Assembly: GCA_016186915.1 (NCBI GenBank)
Contig: JACPKU010000006.1
Span: 12,488 to 76,487 of the forward strand
From: Candidatus Doudnabacteria bacterium
GTDB taxonomy: Bacteria > Patescibacteriota > Doudnabacteria > UBA920 > O2-02-FULL-48-8
DNA: 64,000 bases
Direction of reading: 5' to 3'
Part shown: positions 1 through 7,229 of the stretch, in pieces
How positions within the stretch are numbered: the first letter of the stretch is position 1
Layout of the letters: each line of letters begins with the position of its first letter
Notes under the pieces: generated by a model
What the model was told of the DNA's origin: nothing
Databases searched by the model: none
What the model saw: the letters and a program-made list of their open reading frames with translations, nothing else
Translations under genes and position numbers: made by a program

Positions 1-2
1 AA

Positions 3-452
3 ATGTCAGTCTCAGGCGCCATCGCCTGGTTGGTTAAGTGGTTTTTGTTGATTGCTATTTTCTTAGCAGCAACAGACATCTTGGGCTTAGATCAAATTTC
101 TGAATTCTTAAATGCTGTGTTGGCTTACATTCCTAACGTTGTAGCCGCAGCAGCCATCCTATTGGTTGGTACCTTGGTTGCCGGTTTTCTCGCTCGTTTG
201 GTCCGCCACAGTGTCCAAGCAGCAGGCTTAAGTTCAGCTGATCTTTTGGGTTCAGTTACTCAGTGGTCAGTGATGATTTTTACCATACTTGCTACTTTGG
301 ATCAGTTGAAAGTCGCACAATCGTTCGTGCAGACTTTATTCACTGGCATAATTGCCATGTTGGCAATTGGCGGCGGATTGGCATTTGGTATGGGAGGCAG
401 AGAGCATGCTTCTAAGGTTCTTGATAGAATAGAAAAAGACATCAAGTCATAA
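3..452 (+). CDS. CmpX/MscS-associated TM-helix membrane protein (probably 5'-truncated by window edge)
   Basis: LAYIPNVVAAAAIL and GLAFGMGGRE motifs typical of the TM_helix mechanosensitive-channel-related family. Confidence 0.75.
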   Translation: MSVSGAIAWLVKWFLLIAIFLAATDILGLDQISEFLNAVLAYIPNVVAAAAILLVGTLVAGFLARLVRHSVQAAGLSSADLLGSVTQWSVMIFTILATLDQLKVAQSFVQTLFTGIIAMLAIGGGLAFGMGGREHASKVLDRIEKDIKS

Positions 453-476
453 ATAGTTCCTTAAAATAGTTTCCAT

Positions 477-530
477 TTCCGACGCCCCGACTTTACGTCG
501 GAGGTCGGAATCCCGACCAAAGCGTCGGGA
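477..530. repeat. Double palindromic REP-like element (CCGAC...GTCGG x2)
   Basis: TTCCGAC-GCCCCGACTTTACGTCGG-AG-GTCGGAA followed by TCCCGAC-CAAAGC-GTCGGGA. Confidence 0.7.
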
Positions 531-537
531 CAAAAAT

Positions 538-566
538 ACCCCCACACCAGCCAGGTGTGGGGGTTT
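538..566. terminator. Bidirectional intrinsic terminator between convergent genes
   Basis: ACCCCCACACC-AGCCA-GGTGTGGGGGT flanked by A and T tracts. Confidence 0.7.
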
Positions 567-579
567 AATATATTCAAAA

Positions 580-1056
580 TTATTTGACCGTCAATTTGTC
601 TTCTTTGCTTCCGAAAAATTGAACAATCAGGGTTGTCGCTTGAGTTTGAACTATGGCAATGCCCATCTCGGCGTAATCGGACGAAAGGATGTTATCACGA
701 TGTGTTTCAGAAGCCATCCAGCTTTGCTCTAGCTCGACAGGATTGCTAAATCCCTGGGCCAGATTTTCACCAGCATAAGTATAGTTGTATCCCAAGCTTT
801 TGAACCAATGCCAAGGTTTCGTACCGCTTGGACTGGTATGTGAAAAATAATTATACTCGAGCATGTCATAGGCTTTTGCCGAGGCCGCCAGGTTTAACGA
901 AGGACTTAGTTTTACAGGATTAAGGCCACGTTCCGCCCGATCAGCGTTGACGAGGTCAAGAATTTTTTCGGCAGAGAGCGGAGTATTATTAGCGCTGGCA
1001 TTCAAAGCAAATACAACAACAAACAGTAAAAGTCCAAGTCTAATTTTAGATTTCAT
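580..1056 (-). CDS. Secreted CAP/SCP-domain protein
   Basis: Signal peptide; LVNADR, YFSH, GENLA, WMAS.THR.NIL CAP motifs. Confidence 0.9.
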   Translation of the reverse strand: MKSKIRLGLLLFVVVFALNASANNTPLSAEKILDLVNADRAERGLNPVKLSPSLNLAASAKAYDMLEYNYFSHTSPSGTKPWHWFKSLGYNYTYAGENLAQGFSNPVELEQSWMASETHRDNILSSDYAEMGIAIVQTQATTLIVQFFGSKEDKLTVK

Positions 1057-1070
1057 TTTGATTTTAATAG

Positions 1071-1157
1071 GCGATCCGAATTATCCGAATTAACATCCGA
1101 ATTATCCGAAACCAAATATTCATGGCGCTCGGATGTGTTCTTATGATTTAGAATCGC
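1071..1157. repeat. GCGAT...ATCGC-bounded element with ATCCGAA tandem units
   Basis: Four ATCCGAA units, a TCGGAT partner and terminal GCGAT/ATCGC; same ends as 4330-4420. Confidence 0.65.
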
Positions 1158-1315
1158 TTTTTTATTTTTGTTTCTTCAGACGAACCCTAACTTATTCATA
1201 TTATAGCAGAAAAATCGTATTTTGTAAAGGAAAAACCGACTAATTTTACACAAAAATACTTTATTGGCATAATACTAAGGCGACTATTTGATAAATAAAT
1301 AACAGAGGGGAAAAA

Positions 1316-2395
1316 ATGTTTAACAGCGAATACACCGTACAAGACCCCAAAAGAGGGAAGCGCAATATACTAATATTAATTTTTGTTTTGTTCGGCATTG
1401 TTATCTTGATTGCCGCGGTCTATTTTTTTACTAAAGTAAATCTGCCCGGCAGTTCCTCCGATGTTCCAGTTGAGTTCACGGTGGAGCAGGGCGACAGCAC
1501 TAGAGAAGTGGCTCAGCAGCTTGATCAACAAGGTATTATTAACAGTCCGTGGGTTTTTGTGGTTAACGCGATCGTGAATAGCGCTGGAGGCAGAATTCAG
1601 GCAGGGGAATATATTTTGAATACAAATATGAGTATTGCTCAAATACTGGATGTTTTAACCGCCGGCAAAGTTGTAAGAGACGAGTTGACTGTGAGAGCGG
1701 TTGAAGGGTGGACCAACAAGCAAGTTGGGGAGTACCTTGAAGAAAACGAAATTTTTAGCCAATCAGAGTTTAATCAGGCCTTATTAAGTTCTGATCTGGA
1801 ATTTAAGTTTTCCGAAGGCAAAAAGTTTGATTACCAAGGTTTCCTTTTTCCCGATACCTATCAAATCAGCAGGAAAGCGCCGGCACAAGATTTAGTCGCC
1901 AAGATGCTTAATAATTTTGAAGCAAAAGTTTCAGACGATCTGCTGGCTGGTTTATCAAACAGCGGCCGTTCTTTGGCAGACGCCGTCATTCTGGCCTCAA
2001 TTATTGAAAAAGAAGTCGGTCGAAACAAAGACAAAATAACTGAGCAAGATCAAAAAGATATGGAGCAGGAACGTAAACTAGTGGCGAGTGTTTTTTATAA
2101 TCGTTTGAGTATAGGTATGCCGTTGGAATCAGATGCCACTGTAAATTACATAACAGGAAAATCTGATCGACAGGTGAGCCTTGCTGACACGAAGCTTGAT
2201 TCTCCCTACAATACCTACCGCGTCAGGGGATTGCCGCCGGCCCCAATTGGAAATCCCGGCTTGGATTCCATTATCGCCGCGATCAAGCCCGCTGATTCGG
2301 ATTACTTTTTTTTCATAAATAAAACAGATGGAGAGGCAGTGTTTGCGAAAACCCTAGCGGAGCATAATGAGAATCGCGCAAAATACTTAGATTAA
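1316..2395 (+). CDS. mltG: Endolytic transglycosylase MltG
   Basis: N-terminal TM; GFLFPDTY, LASIIEKE, VFYNRL, SPYNTY, GLPPAPIGNPG motifs. Confidence 0.95.
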   Translation: MFNSEYTVQDPKRGKRNILILIFVLFGIVILIAAVYFFTKVNLPGSSSDVPVEFTVEQGDSTREVAQQLDQQGIINSPWVFVVNAIVNSAGGRIQAGEYILNTNMSIAQILDVLTAGKVVRDELTVRAVEGWTNKQVGEYLEENEIFSQSEFNQALLSSDLEFKFSEGKKFDYQGFLFPDTYQISRKAPAQDLVAKMLNNFEAKVSDDLLAGLSNSGRSLADAVILASIIEKEVGRNKDKITEQDQKDMEQERKLVASVFYNRLSIGMPLESDATVNYITGKSDRQVSLADTKLDSPYNTYRVRGLPPAPIGNPGLDSIIAAIKPADSDYFFFINKTDGEAVFAKTLAEHNENRAKYLD

Positions 2396-2472
2396 TTCAA
2401 AAGTCAGAAGTCAAAATGCAAAATGAAAAGGTAAAATTAAAAAAGAACTTGATTTTTGATCTTTGATTTTTG
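2396..2472. repeat. Inverted array of 7-bp tandem units (TCAAAAG-like / TTTTGAT-like)
   Basis: TTCAAAA GTCAGAA GTCAAAA TGCAAAA ... CTTGATT TTTGATC TTTGATT TTTG. Confidence 0.6.
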
Positions 2473-2496
2473 GGTTGTTTATGAAAAACCAGGTTC

Positions 2497-2525
2497 TTGA
2501 CTGAAAGCCTAAAACCATATATACT
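2497..2525 (+). promoter_or_regulatory. Sigma70-type promoter of rplJL
   Basis: TTGACT-17 bp-TATACT. Confidence 0.7.
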
Positions 2526-2540
2526 GGTTAAGAATTAAAC

Positions 2541-2692
2541 AAGCCAAAGACCGTAGACGGCTAAAACGCCTTAAAAAACACAAGTCTACGCAGGAAAATG
2601 AGATCCTGAAATGAATTCAGGATTGCAAAACAGCGCAATGCTGAACTTGATTCAGCATCTCAAAATTCCGGCCTTTGGATCCGGGTTTTTTT
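2541..2692 (+). promoter_or_regulatory. Ribosomal protein L10 leader (autoregulatory RNA) with terminator/antiterminator
   Basis: CCAAAGACCGTAGAC...TTAA...GTCTACGCAGG directly upstream of rplJ; CCAAAG can pair with CTTTGG in the downstream CCGG...CCGG-T7 hairpin. Confidence 0.8.
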
Positions 2693-2723
2693 ATTCTAAA
2701 TTCAAAATTCTATATTCTAAACT

Positions 2724-3245
2724 ATGGCGATTACACGTAAGCAAAAAGAAGAATCATTGAGAGAAGTGACCGAGGATTTAAAAAATGCCCGGGGAGTTGT
2801 GTTTGCGGAATATGCCGGACTGAGCGTTAAAGACATGGATAAGGTGCGCAAAGATTTGAGAAAAGAGAATGTAAAGTTCAAAGTTTTGAAAGTGACTCTT
2901 TTGAAAAAAGCGATGAATAGTCTGAATATGGATCTGGGCAAGTTTGCATATGCCGGACCTTTGGCCGTGGCGGTTTCAAAAGAAGAAGAAACCACACCGG
3001 CGCGCGTGATCAAGGGCTTGATGAAAAATTTCCCAACTTTAAAAATTGACGGCGGAATTTTTAATAACGAGATAGTCGCCCGGGACGTGGTTTTGCAGCT
3101 GGCCGCCCTGCCCAGCAAAGACCAACTGCTGGGACAACTGCTCTCGGTGATTGCGGGTCCGGCAAGAGGATTGGTTACCGTGCTTTCTGGAAATACCAGG
3201 GACTTGCTGCAAGTATTAAATGCAATCGGTGAAAGTAAGAAATAA
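2724..3245 (+). CDS. rplJ: 50S ribosomal protein L10
   Basis: MAITRKQKEE..., KVLKVTLL, LAALPSKDQLLGQL; adjacent to rplL. Confidence 0.97.
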   Translation: MAITRKQKEESLREVTEDLKNARGVVFAEYAGLSVKDMDKVRKDLRKENVKFKVLKVTLLKKAMNSLNMDLGKFAYAGPLAVAVSKEEETTPARVIKGLMKNFPTLKIDGGIFNNEIVARDVVLQLAALPSKDQLLGQLLSVIAGPARGLVTVLSGNTRDLLQVLNAIGESKK

Positions 3246-3303
3246 TTTTCAATTTTCAAATTGATAATTACCCAAAAGGTCGATTATAGAAAGGAATAAA
3301 TTT

Positions 3304-3711
3304 ATGTCTGAAGAAGTAAAACAAGTTGCGGTTCCTGAAAAGTTTCAAAGTTTAGTGGGGGAGATTGAGAAACTTTCAGTGCTGGAACTTTCAGAGCTCG
3401 TCAAGGTTTTGGAAGAAAAGTTTGGTGTGTCCGCCGCGGCTCCAGTCGCAGTCGCCGCTGGACCTGCCGCGGCAGGAGATGGCGAAGGAGCTGAGGAAAA
3501 ATCTGAATTTACAGTTGAACTTACCGAGGCCGGCGCTAGCAAAATCAACGTGATTAAAGTCATCCGAGAAGTTATGGGAGTGGGTCTGAAGGAAGCAAAA
3601 GATTTAGTGGACGCCGCTCCAAAGATGGTCAAAGAGAACGTAGCGAAGGCCGAAGCAGAAGAGTTGAAGAAGAAGCTAGAAGAAGCGGGAGCGAAGGTGA
3701 GTTTGAAATAA
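3304..3711 (+). CDS. rplL: 50S ribosomal protein L7/L12
   Basis: [47 protein letters not shown]. Confidence 0.98.
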   Translation: MSEEVKQVAVPEKFQSLVGEIEKLSVLELSELVKVLEEKFGVSAAAPVAVAAGPAAAGDGEGAEEKSEFTVELTEAGASKINVIKVIREVMGVGLKEAKDLVDAAPKMVKENVAKAEAEELKKKLEEAGAKVSLK

Positions 3712-4083
3712 CGCTCGTGCAGCCGGCAAAACTACCGGCAGTAAAAGTCTGCTGACTTTTCTGCCTACTCGCTCGCGCCGAAGCAACTGCGCGGGTTAGT
3801 TTTGCAGCTGCACATCACGCTTCTTCCAGGGGATAGGGAGAGGAAAGGCGGGAGAAGAAGCGGGAGCGAAGGTAACATTGAAATAAGTCACTCGGCATAG
3901 GTTACAAATTTAACGGCTGTCAAACTCTGCTGAGTTTGCAGCCTGGAACGTCAGACGTTCCCTGCGTCCTCGGACCGTCGTCCTGCGGAAGCTAAATTTG
4001 CAACTATGCCTCGCGTCCCGTTCTTCCAGTGAAAAAGAAACGGATAGTGAGAGGAAGCGGGAGCGAAAGTTAGTTTGAAATAA
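3679..4083 (+). repeat. Three direct copies of the 33-bp rplL 3' end (3679-3711, 3854-3886, 4051-4083) separated by structured spacers
   Basis: GAAGAAGCGGGAGCGAAGGTGAGTTTGAAATAA / GAAGAAGCGGGAGCGAAGGTAACATTGAAATAA / GAGGAAGCGGGAGCGAAAGTTAGTTTGAAATAA. Confidence 0.95.
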
Positions 4084-4084
4084 T

Positions 4085-4167
4085 TTAAAAACAGACGCTT
4101 GTTCGACACGCGGTAAATTTGACTGGACGTCAAATTTACCGGATTGTCTCACAAGGTCTGTTTTTAA
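4085..4167. repeat. Long imperfect rod-like hairpin
   Basis: TTAAAAACAGAC/GTCTGTTTTTAA outer stem and a perfect 13-bp CGGTAAATTTGAC/GTCAAATTTACCG apical stem. Confidence 0.8.
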
Positions 4168-4212
4168 TTTGCTTCTGCTTTGGGGAAGAAATAGAAGGCA
4201 AGGAAAGCGGGC

Positions 4213-4241
4213 TGGACAAAGGGCTGATTTTCTGCTATAAT
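4213..4241 (+). promoter_or_regulatory. Putative promoter for the HTH/paralog cluster
   Basis: TGGACA-17 bp-TATAAT with extended TG. Confidence 0.55.
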
Positions 4242-4329
4242 AATTATAACGATACTATATGGGCTAGCCAAAAATGGACAAGTTAGCCAATATGGCGTGA
4301 GCGAAACCAAAAATAAAATAAAAAGAAAA

Positions 4330-4420
4330 GCGATACGAATATTGCGAATTCACACACGAAAGATGCGAATCTTTGCCTGATTCGTGTCATTCGCATGTTA
4401 TATTCGTAGTTTCGCATCGC
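4330..4420. repeat. GCGAT...ATCGC-bounded palindromic element with CGAA/TTCG units
   Basis: Four CGAA units mirrored by four TTCG units; same ends as 1071-1157. Confidence 0.7.
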
Positions 4421-4431
4421 TGACACAAAAG

Positions 4432-4668
4432 ATGGCAGAGGAGTTTTCTGGCAATAAATTGCTGACTTTGAAAGAAGCAGCAGCGCTTTCTCCGTACAGC
4501 GCGGAGTATTTAAATTTGCTTGCGAGAAAAAAGAAGATTAAGGCGCGCAAGATCGGCCGTGACTGGTTAATTACCAAGACCGATCTTTTTGATTACCTTA
4601 AAAAACAGCACAGTGAAAGCAGGAACAGGGTGTTGCAGCTAAGTAAGTACATAGGATTACTTTTATGA
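4432..4668 (+). CDS. Excisionase/MerR-like helix-turn-helix (HTH_17) DNA-binding protein
   Basis: LLTLKEAA...YLNLLARKKKIKARKIGRDWLIT; start moved to ATG 4432. Confidence 0.8.
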   Translation: MAEEFSGNKLLTLKEAAALSPYSAEYLNLLARKKKIKARKIGRDWLITKTDLFDYLKKQHSESRNRVLQLSKYIGLLL

Positions 4669-5114
4669 AAAGCATGGAAGAAGATCTGCAAAATTTAAGC
4701 GGCTTCCACGCGGCAGCGGTCGTGATGATAGCGATTGGCATCGGGCTGATAGCCGCAATGCTATTTTTAGCCCTGCCTTCTGATCAACAACTAGCAGTCA
4801 AACAGTCTTTAATTGTTTTCGACGCTCATGAGTCTTTTGGTAAGCAGGTGGAAAGTTTAAGATTCGTATTTGAGATACAGCAAAAATATAATGAAGAATT
4901 TTATCTGGCCTCCACCCAAGTTCTTAGTTTCCCGGATGAAGCGTCCAGAGTAAGTGTGGCGCTGATAAAGTCTTTCGAATCGTTCGCTTTTTTCTCTGAC
5001 GTTTTCGTGGCCAACCAAAACCAAACTCGAATGGCGCAAAGTACCCAGACCAACCTCAGCGGTCAGATTCTTGGCGCATTTATTGAGAGGAGTCTTAACG
5101 CAGTTAGTCAGTAG
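4665..5114 (+). CDS. Hypothetical single-TM protein (paralog 1)
   Basis: N-terminal TM; VFDA, EEFYLAS and C-terminal GQILGA; ATGA overlap with the HTH gene. Confidence 0.7.
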   Translation: MKSMEEDLQNLSGFHAAAVVMIAIGIGLIAAMLFLALPSDQQLAVKQSLIVFDAHESFGKQVESLRFVFEIQQKYNEEFYLASTQVLSFPDEASRVSVALIKSFESFAFFSDVFVANQNQTRMAQSTQTNLSGQILGAFIERSLNAVSQ

Positions 5115-5116
5115 TT

Positions 5117-5953
5117 ATGCAAGACCAAAGAGCAACCAAACAGGATATCCACCACCATGAACTAGTAATACTTTTATCGCTAGCCGTGTTTAGCTTATCT
5201 TTTATCTCCACGGTTATGAGCTTCAAATACTCAAATGAGATAAAAAAAGCCGCAGTAATTTTTGACGCTTCAAGTCAATTAACGGACGATAAATATCAGG
5301 TACCAATTAGAGCTGTAAATCTCTTTTATAGTCTTGCCAGTATCGAAGCTGAAAAATTACTCAACGCCGAAGAAAGTTTCCAAGAAACGCAAGGCCTGAT
5401 CCTTAATATGTCAAAAGAATTTGCGGCCGCCGCAGACATCTTTGACGGCTCGTCCCAGTTTGCTGATGCCTATGAATTGACCGGTGCTTTTTCTAGCCGG
5501 TATATAGCCGCTCTAGATATCTTTGATGGTTCAGATCAGATAACAGATATTAGTAAACGTATAACCGGAAATATAACCCCGGCCCTGTCTCTGTTTGATG
5601 CTTCAGATCAGATAACAGGAATCAGATCCTATCATACAGTCATGTATGATAGTGCGGTGGCAGTCCTAGATCTGTTTGACGCCACCACTTTGTCATCGCG
5701 TCAGATTGCCACACCTCCTTCGGAGGTTCGCAATGGCGCACCAGGCCAAGTCGCGGGGGAGGAAATTAACTGGGAAACCCCGACGCAGACTTCGCCTGGT
5801 GCGGAGCAGGCAGAAGAGATTGCTCCTTCCTCCGCTGAAGCTACGGAGGGCGAGTCGTCGGCTTTGGAGGAACCAGAAGCTCCTCGCAATGGTGAGGTGA
5901 TTTCTGAACCAGGGCCACAAATAGAACAGCCGGCAATAGAGCCGGAGGAGTAA
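5117..5953 (+). CDS. Hypothetical single-TM protein with FD[AG]S.Q repeats (paralog 2)
   Basis: TM, five FD[AG] units, GQVAGE motif, acidic Pro/Glu tail. Confidence 0.75.
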   Translation: MQDQRATKQDIHHHELVILLSLAVFSLSFISTVMSFKYSNEIKKAAVIFDASSQLTDDKYQVPIRAVNLFYSLASIEAEKLLNAEESFQETQGLILNMSKEFAAAADIFDGSSQFADAYELTGAFSSRYIAALDIFDGSDQITDISKRITGNITPALSLFDASDQITGIRSYHTVMYDSAVAVLDLFDATTLSSRQIATPPSEVRNGAPGQVAGEEINWETPTQTSPGAEQAEEIAPSSAEATEGESSALEEPEAPRNGEVISEPGPQIEQPAIEPEE

Positions 5954-6026
5954 ATGTGGTACGTAGATGACGCCCGTTTGTCGGTAAATTCAATATAACA
6001 AAAACAATTCTCCACTAAATAATTCA

Positions 6027-6680
6027 ATGTTTCATCGTCGAGCCACACAACTTTTTTACGGGATTTCAAGCTTAGTGATTTCAGTCGCTGTGTTTTTAGT
6101 CTTGCCATTCGGGTTTGGCGAGCTGCAGGAGTTTAAAAAGGACATAAGGAATCAATTTACGCAAGCCTTTATCCAAACAATAGGGGATCAGCCGTTTGTG
6201 GCTGACCACGTGAGTCTAGTCTGGTCTAGTATAAATAATTTCTATAATCAAGCAACAGACAGCACTCTGGCCTTGCTTGCGCCGGGTGGCAGCGAAGACG
6301 ATTTGATGAGGATTGCGTGGGGAGTGAGGGATCGATTTGCGGCGATTGTCCGTGATTTGGAATATGCGAGGACAGGCCGCTTCGACAGGCTCAGGACAGG
6401 AAGAGTGGCCGGAGAAAACAGCGATCCCCGCCTTCGTCAAGACTTCGGCGGGCAGGCGAATCTAACGAATATACATCCGAATGATCCGAAATTTATGACT
6501 GAAGAGCCTTTGAGGAATATTGTCCCGGAAAGCCTTTTGATCGATGATCAGCCGCGCAACAATGATTTTCCGTGGGTGACACTGCAAGACAATATCACTG
6601 GTCAATTTTATTGCGTGGCGATTTATGACGAGGAGGTAAATAAATATCTTGGGCCATGTAAGTTGGATTTAGGGGAATAA
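6027..6680 (+). CDS. Hypothetical single-TM protein (paralog 3) with in-frame palindromic inserts
   Basis: TM; INNFYNQAT; GRVAGE; C-terminal two-Cys mini-domain. Confidence 0.7.
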   Translation: MFHRRATQLFYGISSLVISVAVFLVLPFGFGELQEFKKDIRNQFTQAFIQTIGDQPFVADHVSLVWSSINNFYNQATDSTLALLAPGGSEDDLMRIAWGVRDRFAAIVRDLEYARTGRFDRLRTGRVAGENSDPRLRQDFGGQANLTNIHPNDPKFMTEEPLRNIVPESLLIDDQPRNNDFPWVTLQDNITGQFYCVAIYDEEVNKYLGPCKLDLGE

Positions 6681-6782
6681 ACCAAAAACCGCCTTTCGGC
6701 GGTTATGGTTAAACTCTAACATAATGTTTTCAGTCGGGATTGTCATCTAAGAATATAGTAACAGAACAGAATAATTATAGCA

Positions 6783-7190
6783 ATGCCAAAAAGAAAAATA
6801 AAAAAGAATAGTTCTCGCAGGCACACGACGAGGAAGCCAAAACATTACCCAGTATATTATCTGGCGGCACTGGTGATTGCTTTTCTGCTTTTGGAAATCG
6901 CGTTGCTTGGCAGTGCCAGGATCAAAGATTGGCAGGAGAGTTTTGGGATTCTGGATGTATCTGAGCAATACGAAGACTTGGTAGATGATTTAAGCTTTAC
7001 TTTTAGTCCGATGGCGCAGGCGGTTTCAGCGGTTGATGAATTTTATAACGCAGCCACTGATGAGGCGACGGCTCTTTTCGACGCCACAGATAGTATCTAC
7101 GAAAATATGAAAGTTTACGAAAATACGAAAAAGTTTGCCCTCAGTGTTTTTAGTAACAGATCCGGCAGTGTAGCAGGAGCAAAAGAATAG
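6783..7190 (+). CDS. Hypothetical single-TM protein (paralog 4)
   Basis: Basic N-terminus, TM, VDEFYNAATDEATALFDAT, C-terminal GSVAGA. Confidence 0.7.
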   Translation: MPKRKIKKNSSRRHTTRKPKHYPVYYLAALVIAFLLLEIALLGSARIKDWQESFGILDVSEQYEDLVDDLSFTFSPMAQAVSAVDEFYNAATDEATALFDATDSIYENMKVYENTKKFALSVFSNRSGSVAGAKE

Positions 7191-7229
7191 GTCGGATAAG
7201 TAAATATATGACCTATAATATTTATATAA

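Noticed and set aside
3679-4083. rplL repeats as a CRISPR array
   Set aside because: The repeat is coding sequence of rplL, the spacers are 142-164 bp and mutually related in structure, and no cas operon is present.
3679-4083. rplL repeats as a DGR template/variable repeat pair
   Set aside because: The differences follow codon positions rather than one adenine-specific template, the repeats are only 33 bp, and no reverse transcriptase is in the window.
3910-4152. 80-aa and 60-aa minus-strand ORFs over the rplL array
   Set aside because: They cross repeat and hairpin boundaries, lack start signals and have no protein-like features.
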